A stretch of DNA of 49,425 nucleotides from Octopus bimaculoides (lineage: Eukaryota). Under the pieces are notes generated by a model. That model made no database searches and was not told where the DNA came from. It saw only the letters and a program-made list of their open reading frames with translations. Location of the stretch: NCBI RefSeq assembly GCF_001194135.2, contig NC_068988.1, positions 63,863,130-63,912,554 on the forward strand. Reading direction: 5' to 3'. The position numbers and the translations under genes are program-made. Shown here in pieces: positions 1 through 11,895 of this stretch; position 1 is the first letter of the stretch; each line of letters starts with the position of its first letter.

Positions 1-547
1 TATATATATATATATGCATTTGTTATTTCTCCATCATTTCAACTAAATTATTAATTTCCTTCCAGTAGCAATAATATATAACCAGCTGAATTAATATGTC
101 AAATTGCACCCACTTTTTTTTTTCTATAACAGAAGGGTATAGATAACCATATTAAAGATTAAACATTTAATATCCGGCATTTATACGTTTAGATTCATAA
201 GCCGTTTTTATTGTTTTTGTTTTTCTCGTAGTTGTTATCATTTTACTCTTGGAAAATAATTTTTGTCTTAATTTCATCCTTCTCAACGATTTCGTACTTA
301 ATTTTTAATTTAATATATCATCCATTTATTTCAAGGTTACTAATTTTGCTTCCTTGTTAATAGTGGTCAGGTGCACCTTTATATGTATATGACTTAATAC
401 AAATATTATATTAGTTATACTACAGCAATGTGTTGCTTCGTTCACTAACTTTATTATTGACGCCACTCCATCTCAATTATCTTCCAGCTTCTCACATTTC
501 TTTTATATACTTCTACCTTACATTGCGTCTTCATTACCTCCTGAATA

Positions 548-550
548 TTA

Positions 551-628
<78 letters not shown>
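548..628. repeat. (ATT)n microsatellite, the 3' tail of the adjacent LINE fragment
   Basis: About 27 ATT units directly visible. Confidence 0.95.
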
Positions 629-630
<2 letters not shown>

Positions 631-745
631 TAGTCTTATTTCACTGCACTACAGAGCGCAGCTCAGTGTGCCTTGGGTATGTGCTTTGGTATGTTGTGGT
701 TCTCTTATTTTCACCGTATTGAAAGTGTTTTGGTAGTGATCCGGG
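548..745 (-). mobile_element. 3' end of an R4/Dong-like RLE non-LTR retrotransposon with (AAT)n tail
   Basis: Minus strand reads KTLSIR* (like the ILRKTLS C-terminus of R4/Dong ORFs), then about 90 bp of 3' UTR running into (AAT)n. Confidence 0.55.
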
Positions 746-1010
746 TATTTTATGGATTCTTGAAGCTTACAGTTTCTCTTAATATACGTCTTTAAGAGAA
801 TGTTGTTGTTTTTCTTTTTAAGTGTACTGTTCATGAAAGTAAGTTTAACCTCACCTCGGTGAATTTGCAAGCTGTTGAGTTCTAGTTGCAACGGAGGCTA
901 GAATATTGTCACTAATTAAATATGATACTTCTTACAGTTTGGATATGAGATAGTATTAATATATACATTATTAACAATGCTAATATTACTATTAATATTA
1001 AATACTATTG

Positions 1011-1230
1011 AAGTCGGCGAGCTGGCAGAGTCGTTAGCACGCTGGACGAAATGCTTAGCGGTATTTCGCCCGTCGCTACGTTGCGACTTCAAATTCCACC
1101 GTGGTCGACTTTGCTTTTCATCCTTTCGGAGTCGATAAATTAAGTACCAGTGAAATTCTGGGGTCGATATAATTGACTATTACCCTTCTCCAAAGTTGCT
1201 GGCCTTATGCCGAAATTTGAAATCATCATC
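1011..1230 (+). mobile_element. SINE family A, full length, tail variant iii
   Basis: GGCGAGCTGGCAGAGTCGTTAGCACG head, TTCAAATTCC B-box-like motif and GTCGACTTTGC-TTTCATCCTTTCG core, shared with about 10 other copies in the window. Confidence 0.9.
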
Positions 1231-2089
1231 CATATTTTCACAGATGTCATAATTTTGATCAGTATAAATAATATTTCTCTCGCATTGTCAAGAATGACAT
1301 TATCTTCTTTATAATTCTTGGGGAAAAATCACATGAAACTAGTCTTCCTTTTGTGTGTGTGAGTGTATGCACGTGCGCGTGTATGTGTGTGCATGCGTGC
1401 ATATGTGTTCGTGTGTCATTTTAAGATGATCATGTCGCTTATATCCTTGATCAGTCTTTCCAGCATTATTCAATATTACAAAGTTCAAATGTTCCCATGG
1501 CAACTATTCCCTTGAAATTGAGACATATTGGATTGTACTTGCAGCGAGTTCTTTTGCTTTTTGTTTTTTTAATCAGATTAACTTGATTTTCCACTCGAAA
1601 CGAAGTTGTGCTGATATGATGGAGTTGAGTTGTTTTATGGTTGGCGAAATGTAACATTACACATCAGTACATCGTTTCTGTTTCCGTTTTCTTTTTTGTT
1701 GAATGCTCAACAGAACCATCAACATCATCGGAGAAAGAAAAGGAGGCGGAGAAAGATGAATAAGACGAAAACGAGGTGATAGAAGGATGAAAAGGAGATG
1801 AAAAGAAGATGGTAGTTGGAGGATGAGAGCGACAGGGAAAACGAAAAATTTTACAACATGAAGTAAGAAAAGCTAAGAACTATTCTTCTGAAAGGTGATA
1901 ATGATTAAAAGCCGTATACATGGACTTGATAGAAGCGGTTGTGTTTTTGAGTAGCACGTTGCAATAATGCAACGGTGGTGCGACTTGAGAGAAAATGAAA
2001 ACAATATTCTGCTTGATCAGGGTAATCTTATTTGGGAATCGTATATCATATGTTGCGTACTTATGAGTTGCAGCCAGAAGAATCAGATC

Positions 2090-2480
2090 GATAGTTAATG
2101 TTTTGTTTCTATGCATTCGACCCTAAGGATGGAATTGCAGTTTTGCTATTGTATATCTCAATCAGCAACACACCAACAAGCAACAAAGGGATTGCAGAAG
2201 ATTCGTACAAGAGCCACCTACACCAGAACAACAACTCTTTTTATCATCGCCACCTGAGAAACTCCACACGGATATCAAAGTATATTCGGAAATCTAGAGA
2301 TCCAGGCGTGACCGCCAGTTTCGTATGTGCGTTCTGAGATAAATGAATTAACGGCATTCAGGAACATGTCAAGTTCATGTGACCTCAGCCTCATTGAGAT
2401 AAACTACATCATGCTCTGTCGTAAAAAGCACGATTTTATTCCAAGTTTCCGACTCATGTCAAAATTCGTTTTGGATGTCG
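2090..2480 (+). pseudogene. Penelope-like element GIY-YIG endonuclease relic (frameshifted)
   Basis: Successive frames give RP*GWNCSFAIVYL, GIAEDSYKSHLHQNNNSFYHRHLRNSTRISKYIRKSRDPGV, CDLSLIEINYIM and FRLMSKFVL. These match the Penelope C-terminal pattern CPLxGxC..IVY / YIG..FK.R...H..SF.H...ST.LSKYIW.LKD / C.LCL.EK..I / CRH..KF.L. Confidence 0.75.
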
Positions 2481-2799
2481 AAAAAGATAGCCCCAGCTTA
2501 GTATATTACCAACAAGAACCAACGACTTTCATTGCGTGCGGTGCAAAATTTTACGTTATTGTTTTCAAATACGCAGATGTGTACAGCCGATGACCGAACA
2601 GAACCTGCTTTTCTGGTGTGTTATCTCTGTTTACCTCACATGAATTAACATATATATGACGCTTCAGGCGTCCAACATACAATCATATAAATCTCTCTCT
2701 GACTATTGAAGCACAGCTTAACTACAACCATGCGTGTGTGATACGTGTATATGTATGTGAGTGTATGTGTGTATGTGTGTATATATGTATATGTATGTT

Positions 2800-2830
<31 letters not shown>

Positions 2831-4543
2831 GTNNNNNNNNNNNNNNNNNNNNNNNNNNNNNNNNNNNNNNNNNNNNNNNNNNNNNNNNNNNNNNNNNNNN
2901 NNNNNNNNNNNNNNNNNNNNNNNNNNNNNNNNNNNNNNNNNNNNNNNNNNNNNNNNNNNNNNNNNNNNNNNNNNNNNNNNNNNNNNNNNNNNNNNNNNNN
3001 NNNNNNNNNNNNNNNNNNNNNNNNNNNNNNNNNNNNNNNNNNNNNNNNNNNNNNNNNNNNNNNNNNNNNNNNNNNNNNNNNNNNNNNNNNNNNNNNNNNN
3101 NNNNNNNNNNNNNNNNNNNNNNNNNNNNNNNNNNNNNNNNNNNNNNNNNNNNNNNNNNNNNNNNNNNNNNNNNNNNNNNNNNNNNNNNNNNNNNNNNNNN
3201 NNCTCCCCCTCTCTCTCTCTCTCCCTCTCCCTCTTTCTTCCTAATATCTTCAACAGTCTATTTATTATACGGCTGCTTTGAATGGATTTCATAATCTGTC
3301 TCCGTAGGTATTCGCTGAAAGCCTGGTCAATATCATCATTATGACGACTGGGACAGCTGGCTATAATAGTGTTATTTCTTTTGCTATTGCAGACACAAAT
3401 TGCTACTGGCTTGTCTAATGCAAAATGCATTATTATGCTTCTGACTTTTGTGTATGCGAACATTAATATTCTCTATATTCTTATTACATTTTTTTTCTCT
3501 TTTTGTTTACATTTGTTTCGCGCTAGACACTAAACCATTTCTGTCAATAATCATGTTAGAAGATGATTTGAGCTTGCAATATGCTTTTTTTTTTTTTTTT
3601 TCTATTTTCAATATCTCGTCAGAAGTAATAATATTTATGCCTGCCATCTTTTTTACAATATCTCTGCTCTATTTTATAATATTTTTACATTTTTCTTTTA
3701 TATCTTTTTGTCTCTGCTTAGGAATTCGGTCCGGCAAACGGTATTTCAAAATGTTGAGAATTCTATTTATTTTTTTTAATTAAAATTTATATTTTCATTT
3801 CGTTATAGAATGTTATTTTCCGACGAATTTCTACAGAAATGTTTGTTAAACTAATTTCATTCACTAAGGCTGAGATTTTGATAAATATTTGCTGTCAATT
3901 TTATAAACAGCGAAATTCATTTTGCAATATATATCTTTTGTTCCTTTACTTGTTCGTAAATTTTGATATTCTTTTATTCTTTTATTCTTCTTTAACACAT
4001 ATTTGAAACATTAAATATTTCTCATCATAAAATTCGTTTACTAATATGGAACAGGAAGGATGTTGGAAAACTAGAAAAAGCAAAATATTGATCTAAATAT
4101 TTTACAATGTTTAAATTTTCTCACACCAGAATTTTTGTTAATATTCTACTAAAACTGACAACACTTTTCGTTCATCTCTGATCGTTAAAATGATGTCCAA
4201 GAACCTCTTTATTAGAATGTATCCTTTTCCTTCTAAATATATGAACTGTTGCCAATGTAAGTTTAACACCAGTTTCCTCTTATCTCTTGCTAGTTTCAGA
4301 CTGAGGCCATGCTGGAACACCACCTAAGAAGGGTTTTAGTCAATTATTGTAAATCCATAACTTAATTCTCTCTCTGGTATATTTTCTTATTGTTTTATTG
4401 ATTGGCAAAGTTTTCTTCACTTCAATAAAGACCTCTGTTCTATAGCGCAATCTGATCTTGTACATCTTCGACTCAGTTACTCCTGACTCACTTGCCGATC
4501 ACCCAACATCACTTTTGTTGCGTCCGGTGTCCCCTCAAACATT

Positions 4544-4717
4544 CGTTACGTTCTGAGTTCAAATTCCACCGAGGTCGACTTTGCCTTTCATCCTTTCGGG
4601 GTCGATAAATAAACTACCAGTTATGCACTGGCATCGATGTAATCGACTTAATCCCTCTATTTGTCCTTGTTTTTTTCCCCTCTTTGTTTAGCCTCTTGTG
4701 GGCAATACAAAAATAAG
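4544..4717 (+). mobile_element. SINE family A, 5'-truncated, tail variant i
   Basis: GTTCTGAGTTCAAATTCCACCGAGGTCGACTTTGCCTTTCATCCTTTCGGGGTCGAT core and TTGTGGGCAATACAAAAATAAG tail. Confidence 0.9.
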
Positions 4718-4990
4718 GAAACTGAAAGAAGCCCGTTGTACATATATGTATATGTATGCATGCGCGCGCACACGTGTGTGTGTGTGTGCCTGTGATTGTC
4801 CCTCACCACCGCTTGGCAACCGGTGTTGGTGTCATATGTTCCCGTAACTTAGTTGTTAGGGAAAAAGCGACCAATAGAATAAGTGCCAAGCTTAGTAAAA
4901 AGATTAAATACTTGAGTCGTTTCATTTGATTAAAAATTCTTGAATGTAGTGCCCCAGCATGACCGCAGTTTAATAACTGAAACAAGTAAT
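4718..4990 (+). mobile_element. SINE family B, 3' half with internal TA/TG microsatellite
   Basis: GAAACTGAAAGAAGCCCG, microsatellite, GCTTGGCAACCGGTGTTGGTG, GCCCCAGCATGACCGCAGT and ACTGAAACAAGTAA, as in other B copies. Confidence 0.85.
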
Positions 4991-5032
4991 ACCTGTATGT
5001 ATACCTCATGTAAACCTTATGTATACCTCATT

Positions 5033-5165
5033 TTCAGCTGAGCAGACTGTAGCAACATGAAATGGAATACTTTGCTCAAGGACATCGCTCGTTGTCATGA
5101 ACTTGTATTGAACCCGAGGACAAATGATCATTAGCCTCGCTCCCTAAACGCTGGTCCACGCGCCT
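5033..5165 (-). mobile_element. Old fragment of the SINE C2-type head and central domain
   Basis: Reverse complement has TGTCCTTGAGCAAAGTATTCCATTTCATGTTGCTACAGTCTGCTCAGCTG, similar to 35485-35545. Confidence 0.6.
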
Positions 5166-5807
5166 ACACATGCATCATATTTATATAAATACATCTTTAC
5201 ATGTCTGTATGTATTTTTGAAGGGCGTTAGGTAGTTACGTAACAGTGTATATACGTCAATAGGGGCCTCAGCGCCAACATGGGGATAGTCGAATGGCTAT
5301 CAGAGCAAATGGGTCATAAAAAAACGATAGAAGTCACCGATATGTTCTGACAATGTGTGTTTAATATTGTTTTGGAATGGATTCGTAAACCGAAATTGCT
5401 TAACAAATAACTTGTATTAGATATTTCAAGCGGCATAAGCACCTCAGCTCTCATTGTTTTTATGGCACGCTTTTAGTAATCGCAGTTCACACGTCGTTAC
5501 CAAGGTGTGCATCTCAGCGCACGTTATAACTGTTATATCACAATCATTTGAAAGTTTATAGCCCATTTCATGCTTTGCATTTGAAGATTACAGCATCATT
5601 TATGTTCATATGCACACAAACACATGAACATATATAGGCGCGCGTATGTGCGAACATACACTCATAAGATATATCTATGCGAATATGCATATGTATGTAA
5701 ATATATAAAAGTATATATGGACATTATGTGTGTGTGTGTAGAGAGAGAGAGACATATATGTATGTATATATATATCTATATGTGTGTATATATATATCTA
5801 TATGTGT

Positions 5808-5879
<72 letters not shown>

Positions 5880-5882
5880 ATA

Positions 5883-6086
5883 CAGTAATCCCTCGGCTAT
5901 CGCGGGTGTTACCTTCCAAAATCTCCCACAGAAATGATTGATCTAAAAAATATATAAATACCAATCGGCCACAGAAACCCGGATATACGGAGGGATCCAC
6001 GATATGAATTTACATATATTAGCCAGAAAAATCCACGATGTAGTAAGAGCGCGATAGGTGAACCGCGATATGGTGAGGGATCACTG
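5883..6086. mobile_element. Tigger/pogo-type MITE (204 bp)
   Basis: Imperfect TIRs of about 23 bp: CAGTAATCCCTCGGCTATCGCGG and, reverse-complemented, CAGTGATCCCTCACCATATCGCGG. Left flank is TA; right flank has mutated to GA. Confidence 0.8.
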
Positions 6087-6410
6087 GATACATATACAGT
6101 TTGTAGAATGTATAAGGAATTTCCGTCACCTGGCGTAACGTAATAGGCACGTACTATGTATGTTCAGTTTCGTATATCACTAAATATCCGGTCGGACTGC
6201 AACTAAGACTCTTTATGTTTGTATTCTCTAAATTAAATGTCTTTTATTCAAGTGAAGCCAAACATTTTGTTTTTCTTAGAGATACAAACGATGATTTTCC
6301 TTCGCAAATACTAACCGGGCACGGACAGTGTGTCGTTAGCCATCTGGAGGAGATGTTCTCCTGGGGCTAAAAACAACAGTAGCATCGTCCAATATGGGAC
6401 CACCACATTT

Positions 6411-6547
6411 TATTCTATCGGGCTCTTTTGCTGAACCTCTAAGTGACGGGGACGTAAACACACCAGCATCGGTTGTCAAGCGATGTTAGAGGACACAGAC
6501 ACACACACACAGACACACAAACATATACATACATACACACACACACA

Positions 6548-6638
<91 letters not shown>

Positions 6639-6942
6639 TGATACAAATGGTAAGACAACAAAAGAATGAAAGAGACCTCGATATTATGTAAATACAGAAA
6701 TTTATCTGTAAATATAATATGCGACAATTATTCGTGGGTTTCCGCCCCGACATCCGAAACTCGGAGTTTTATCATGGCTACCGAATAATTGTCAGTTTCC
6801 GTCTACCAAATCCACTTACAATGTTTTGGTCGGCCCGAGGTTATACTAGAAGACACTTGCCCAAGGTGCCACGCAGTGGGACTGAACCCGGAAACATGTG
6901 GTTGAGAAGCAAGCTACTTACCACACAGCCACTCCTGCGTCT
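6411..6942 (-). mobile_element. SINE family B with expanded CA/TA microsatellite and about 150 bp of unrelated internal sequence
   Basis: The 3' part is at 6411-6500. The 5' tRNA-like head with A/B boxes (GTGGCTGTGTGGTAAG, GGTTCAGTCC on the minus strand) is at 6791-6942. Confidence 0.85.
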
Positions 6943-7161
6943 ATGTTTATGATTGTTCAGTTTTATTTCAAAATTTCTTGCCAAAAGCGAAAGAGCAGGT
7001 TTCTAACCTAGATCCAAGTCTCCTTCATTGGAATTTCAACATCAGCAACAAGGTGTTTTTTTGTTTATATGTACGTATGTATGTATGTACGTATATGTGC
7101 AGATTTGCACGTTTTGCTTTATGTATGTACTCTCTTGCATATAGTTGCATATCTAACCTTT

Positions 7162-7465
7162 GACCGACCAAAGCCTTGTGAGTGAATTTGGAAGACGGAA
7201 ACTGAAAGAAGCCCGTCGTATAAATATATATACATATATATGTGTGTGTTTGTATGTCTGTGTTCCTCCACCAGCAGCGCTTGACAACCGATGCTGGTGT
7301 GTTTATGTCCCCGTAGCGCAGCCGTACGGCTAAAGACACCGATAGAATAAGTTCTAGGCTTACAAAGAATAAGTCCTGGAGTCAGTTTGTGCGAGTAGAG
7401 GTGCTGCTACAGCATGGCCGCATTCAAATGACTGAAACAAATAAAAGAATATAGGAATAAAAGAA
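7162..7465 (+). mobile_element. SINE family B, 5'-truncated
   Basis: GACCGACCAAAGCCTTGTGAGTGAATTTGG through CAGCATGGCCGCATTCAAATGACTGAAACAAATAAAAG. Confidence 0.9.
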
Positions 7466-7547
7466 TGTAATCATATATCTTTAGTTTTTCTGTGTGTATG
7501 TGTGTTCGTGCTTAACTACGTATGGAAAAACGTGTGTGTTATATTTC

Positions 7548-7548
<1 letters not shown>

Positions 7549-7640
<92 letters not shown>
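7549..7640. repeat. (TG)n microsatellite
   Basis: Directly visible. Confidence 0.95.
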
Positions 7641-7643
<3 letters not shown>

Positions 7644-8156
7644 ATGATTGCGCGTTTCAGCTGACGTATTTTCTGTCTGTCTTATCAACTAGGTCGGAAA
7701 TAATTTCATGAATGATATTGATAAAAGAAAGAACGGACAACCGATGTGAACCTGACTCATCAATGAGAAGCGACGTGGAGCGATCCAAATGACAGATTAA
7801 GTTTAAGAGCGGATGTAAAGTAGTGACATGCGGAAATCGAACACGACAACTTTGACACATTGAAGAACGTCTCACATCTGAAAAAGGAAAATGTATAGTT
7901 TTGTTTTAACCCAAACACAATCAACAAAGTTAAATATTTTTTCAAAATGCCGCATTTGTTTTTTTTGTTTTTTTTTTGTTTTGTTTTTTTTTGTTTTTTG
8001 GTTAAGTAATACGTTAATGTTTTGTTTAAATGGAACATGGTTAAAGACACCTCGACACGAGACTTCGACACGAAATGTCGAGTATCATTACCTCTTTCGA
8101 ACTTTCTCTCTCACTATATATGTGTGTGTGTATACATATATTTATAAGTGTATATA

Positions 8157-8283
8157 CAGGGTGTCCACAACGTCTGGGTACATGGGGATTAACACATACT
8201 TTAAGAAATTATTATTTCTTATATGTAATTGTTTATGCTATGATTTTATTTACTCCATGTAGCCAGACTTTGTGGACATCCTG
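8157..8283. mobile_element. Tc1/mariner-type MITE (127 bp) with TA target duplication
   Basis: 29-bp TIRs CAGGGTGTCCACAACGTCTGGGTACATGG and CAGGATGTCCACAAAGTCTGGCTACATGG (reverse complement of the right end), with TA on both sides. Confidence 0.9.
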
Positions 8284-8309
8284 TAAGTATGTATGTATGT
8301 ATATATATA

Positions 8310-8403
<94 letters not shown>

Positions 8404-9519
8404 TGTATGTACATATATGTATGTGTATATGTGTGTATTTGTGTGCCTGTCTATTTATGATGGTATGTGTGTTTTAATGTTTACATAATAATGTTCTTTT
8501 CCTTGAAAGATGCCGCGTCCCTCATTATCAGTGGTTTTGCTACACGCACCGATAGTAACCAAGCGTATTTCTACGTCCCCGCGCTCAGCTGGAATCTCAT
8601 CATCACATACGCGTTTTAATCCACAGCTTGGAGCCTTATAGGTGCTACTATTTCAGGTCATAGTAGCCCTGAGAACAATAGAGGTTATGGTGTGGTTCCT
8701 CACCCCTCAAACCTTGAAATTTTCGAACGAGAACTTCACCACCAGCCTATCAGTCGGTACTAATCGCGGAGACACAGAAAGTGGTATACTTGTTGTACAA
8801 GAGTTTATCGCTATAATTCAATAATGTATAGATGTCTTTGTATGGTGATCGCATTTGTCACTCCATGTGCTGAACGTACTAGGGTGATGGATGAGTGTCG
8901 ACTTTTGTCGAGCGAAACTGTTGGAAGTGCGCACCGAGTTACAATTTTCATTTTTTACTTCTGCTTCAAATCAAGCAGATCCGCAACGAGAGTGAATCGT
9001 CATCTGAGAGGTCGTGGATGGAAAGTCAGAAATATTATTGACAACGAGGTAACACAAGGAGACGAAAATCAATTGTGAATATGGAGCGATGATTTTGTAT
9101 ATGTATATGAACGCATATATTTATATATACGAACGTGTATATTTTCGCTGACGTATCGCAATGACGGAGGCTAACGTTGGCAAAGACAACCCCATATCAT
9201 TTTCGTCGTTAAAAACTCAATGAGACAATGACTGGCCATGTTGGAAAACTGTAAATAACAACGCTGTTGTTCACGAAATCCTTGACACGATGTTACGTAG
9301 AAAATAGAACTCGCTTCAATCTCTTGTTATACATTGAGAGCAATTGTTATCTGATAGAATTGATATCTAAGAAATATCAGCATTGGAATGGTTTCGTGTG
9401 AACAAGGTGCATGAGCCGGACGGACACGATCGGTGAATAATGGTCGGAAAATGTGATGGTAGGTGGTAGGTATGGGTCTTCAGGGGCGAGAGATTTAAAA
9501 ATGATAGATTGCTGACGAA

Positions 9520-10256
9520 TGGTTGTGATAGAGCAAGAGGAAAAGAGAGGAAGAGATAAGGGAAGTGAGAGCATTAAGGGTCAGAGGTTACAAGGCGAAA
9601 ATGGATGGTCGTGATTGGACAAAACAATAACGAGTTGAGGGATGACACAGAGGGATGGTGTGTGTATAGAGGGTGTGTATGAGAGTTTGAGAGAGTGAAG
9701 GAGAGGGAGAAGGCGAGAAGGAATGAGAGAGAAGAAGAGAGGGAAAGAGAGATAAGGTGTGAGAGAAGAGTCAGAGATAAATACGTAATAGTAAGCGTTA
9801 AGAGAGTATGAGGGATGAGTAGTCAAATGTGAATAGAAGGCGTGTGTAAGAGAGAGACGGGAGAGAGGGAGAAGAAGGGAGAGAGAAATAGAGCGAGAAA
9901 AGAAAGGAGAGAGAAAGAATAGCGAGAGAAGAAGCAAGAGAGGGAGAAGGGAGAGAGGAAGGCAGAGAAAGAAGAGGAAGAGAGAGGAAGGCAGACTGGA
10001 AGAGAAGAAAAGGGGGAGAAAAAGAGAGAAAGAGAGAAAGAGAGAAAGAGAAAGGAGAGAGAGAGAGAGAAGAGTAAGGGAATGAGAGAAAAGAAGGGAG
10101 AAATGTGTTAGGGTTTACAGCAACAGGATAAGAGAAGGCTTCGCAGGTCAAAGACTAACATGGCGTATTTGTGTTTGTGTATATGAGAAAGAAAATGTGA
10201 GTGCGTGTGTTTTTGTGTGAGAGAGAGAGAGGTGGATAGAAACAGAGAGAGAGAGA

Positions 10257-10350
<94 letters not shown>
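9520..10350. repeat. GA-rich low-complexity tract followed by (GT)n
   Basis: About 700 bp of mostly purines on the + strand, then a TG repeat at about 10259-10350. Confidence 0.9.
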
Positions 10351-11677
10351 CGCAGGTTGTGAAGAAGAATGGAAGACGTGTTTGTTTGAACGAGTCGAGT
10401 CAGTTCCGTTATTCGGACCGTTTAAATACTAATATCAATGTCGTGGCTTCGTCACCAGCATCCATCAATTAAAACATGATTCCAATAATTGAAGCAAGAA
10501 TGCATCACCGATATCGATTCCACGACCGACATAAACAGCACCACATATATACAAGCAGATCACTATCGCCAGTACGTTCGATACCGTCATTGTCTGCACC
10601 TGCGCTCTCCGTCGCTATCAACTTCATCATCATGAGCATCATGATCATCATCATCCTTATCATCATCGTCATCTTGTCAACTTGAATTACCAACAGCCAC
10701 TAGGTGTTTTCGTGTCGGCGGTCCAACGGCAACTGTTTTTTTTTTCTTTCAAAAAACGTGCGCTTCACAGCTAGGCGGAAGTTTCCACATATGTATACTT
10801 CTGCAGCTAGCAGTAAATGGATGAAATGGGCATAGCACAAACGTGTTATGCCGCCAGAACAAAATAGCGCTAACATTTCTCACTACAAATGCATTGTATT
10901 GATGAGAATATCTTCAGGATAATTATACAAATGAAGTAATGGAAATATATGTATGAAATCGGTTACCATTTATTGAGTCTCTCGATTGTCAACGGTCGCC
11001 TGTATTGTGTGGCTGTGCTAGATAGCTCTTGCTGACTTCCTTGTTGTGTGGTCGGCGTCGAACATATATGCAATCGCATCATACATTTGAAGACCGGAAA
11101 CAATGAAAGATAAATTGAAAACGAACACATATTTATAGCACTTCATTAAGAAACGAAAGAAACGGACAACGTCTGAAAGGTGTTGTTATTTAAAAGGTTC
11201 TTCCGAGAAAATGAAATAAAATGTTAATAAAAATGCCCAGGAAGTTCTAATATGCCAAGTGCTTTGGAAATAAGTGAATAGAATTATTACGAAAGAATTA
11301 ATGCACCGAAAACGCATTGTAGAGTATATTGAGGAAGATAGGGAAACAGAGAGAAATAGACAAAGCGACAAGCAAACAGGTTGAGAAAACAAGCATTAAA
11401 AGGTCTAAAGAGATTGTTTGATAACTTGGTTACTATTTCAGGTCGAACATTGCATCAGTTTGCTTCTACAGTTGTGCTGTGTAGGCAGTTTCTACATATA
11501 TTTAATAATTTTGATTAATATTATTTGATATATGTATAATTCTGTTTATATATCATATATGTATAAGTGTGTATCATATATGTAATAAGTGTGACACGCA
11601 AAAAGCACGCTTCGAACGTTGGGCGATATGTTGTGCTTGAGAAGAACAGTAATGAAGAACAGTAAAATTGTGGTCGT

Positions 11678-11895
11678 GACCGATGCCAGTGTCGCAGGAG
11701 CGTCACCTGTGCCGATGGTATGTAAAAAGCACCCACTACATTTTTGTAGTGGTTGGCGTTAGAAAGGCATCCAACTGTAGAAACCATGACAAATCAGAGT
11801 GGAATCTGGTGCAGCTCTCCAGCTTACCAGTTTTCAATCAAACCGCCCAACCCATACCAGCATGGAAAAAAGGACGTTAAATGATGATAATGATA
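11678..11895 (+). mobile_element. RTE-LINE-type 3' end or related SINE (family D) with (GAT)n tail
   Basis: GGTTGGCGTTAGAAAGGCATCCAACTGTAGAAACC ... CCCATACCAGCATGGAAAAAAGGACGTTAAATGATGATAATGAT, the 3' terminus style of RTE-clade elements. Confidence 0.7.

Noticed and set aside
1420-1660. Protein-like minus-strand frame with internal stops
   Set aside because: I could not match it to any LINE or host motif.
7657-7880. CQSC..F.....L motif resembling a C2H2 zinc finger behind a strong acceptor
   Set aside because: The His spacing is wrong and there is no second His or linker.
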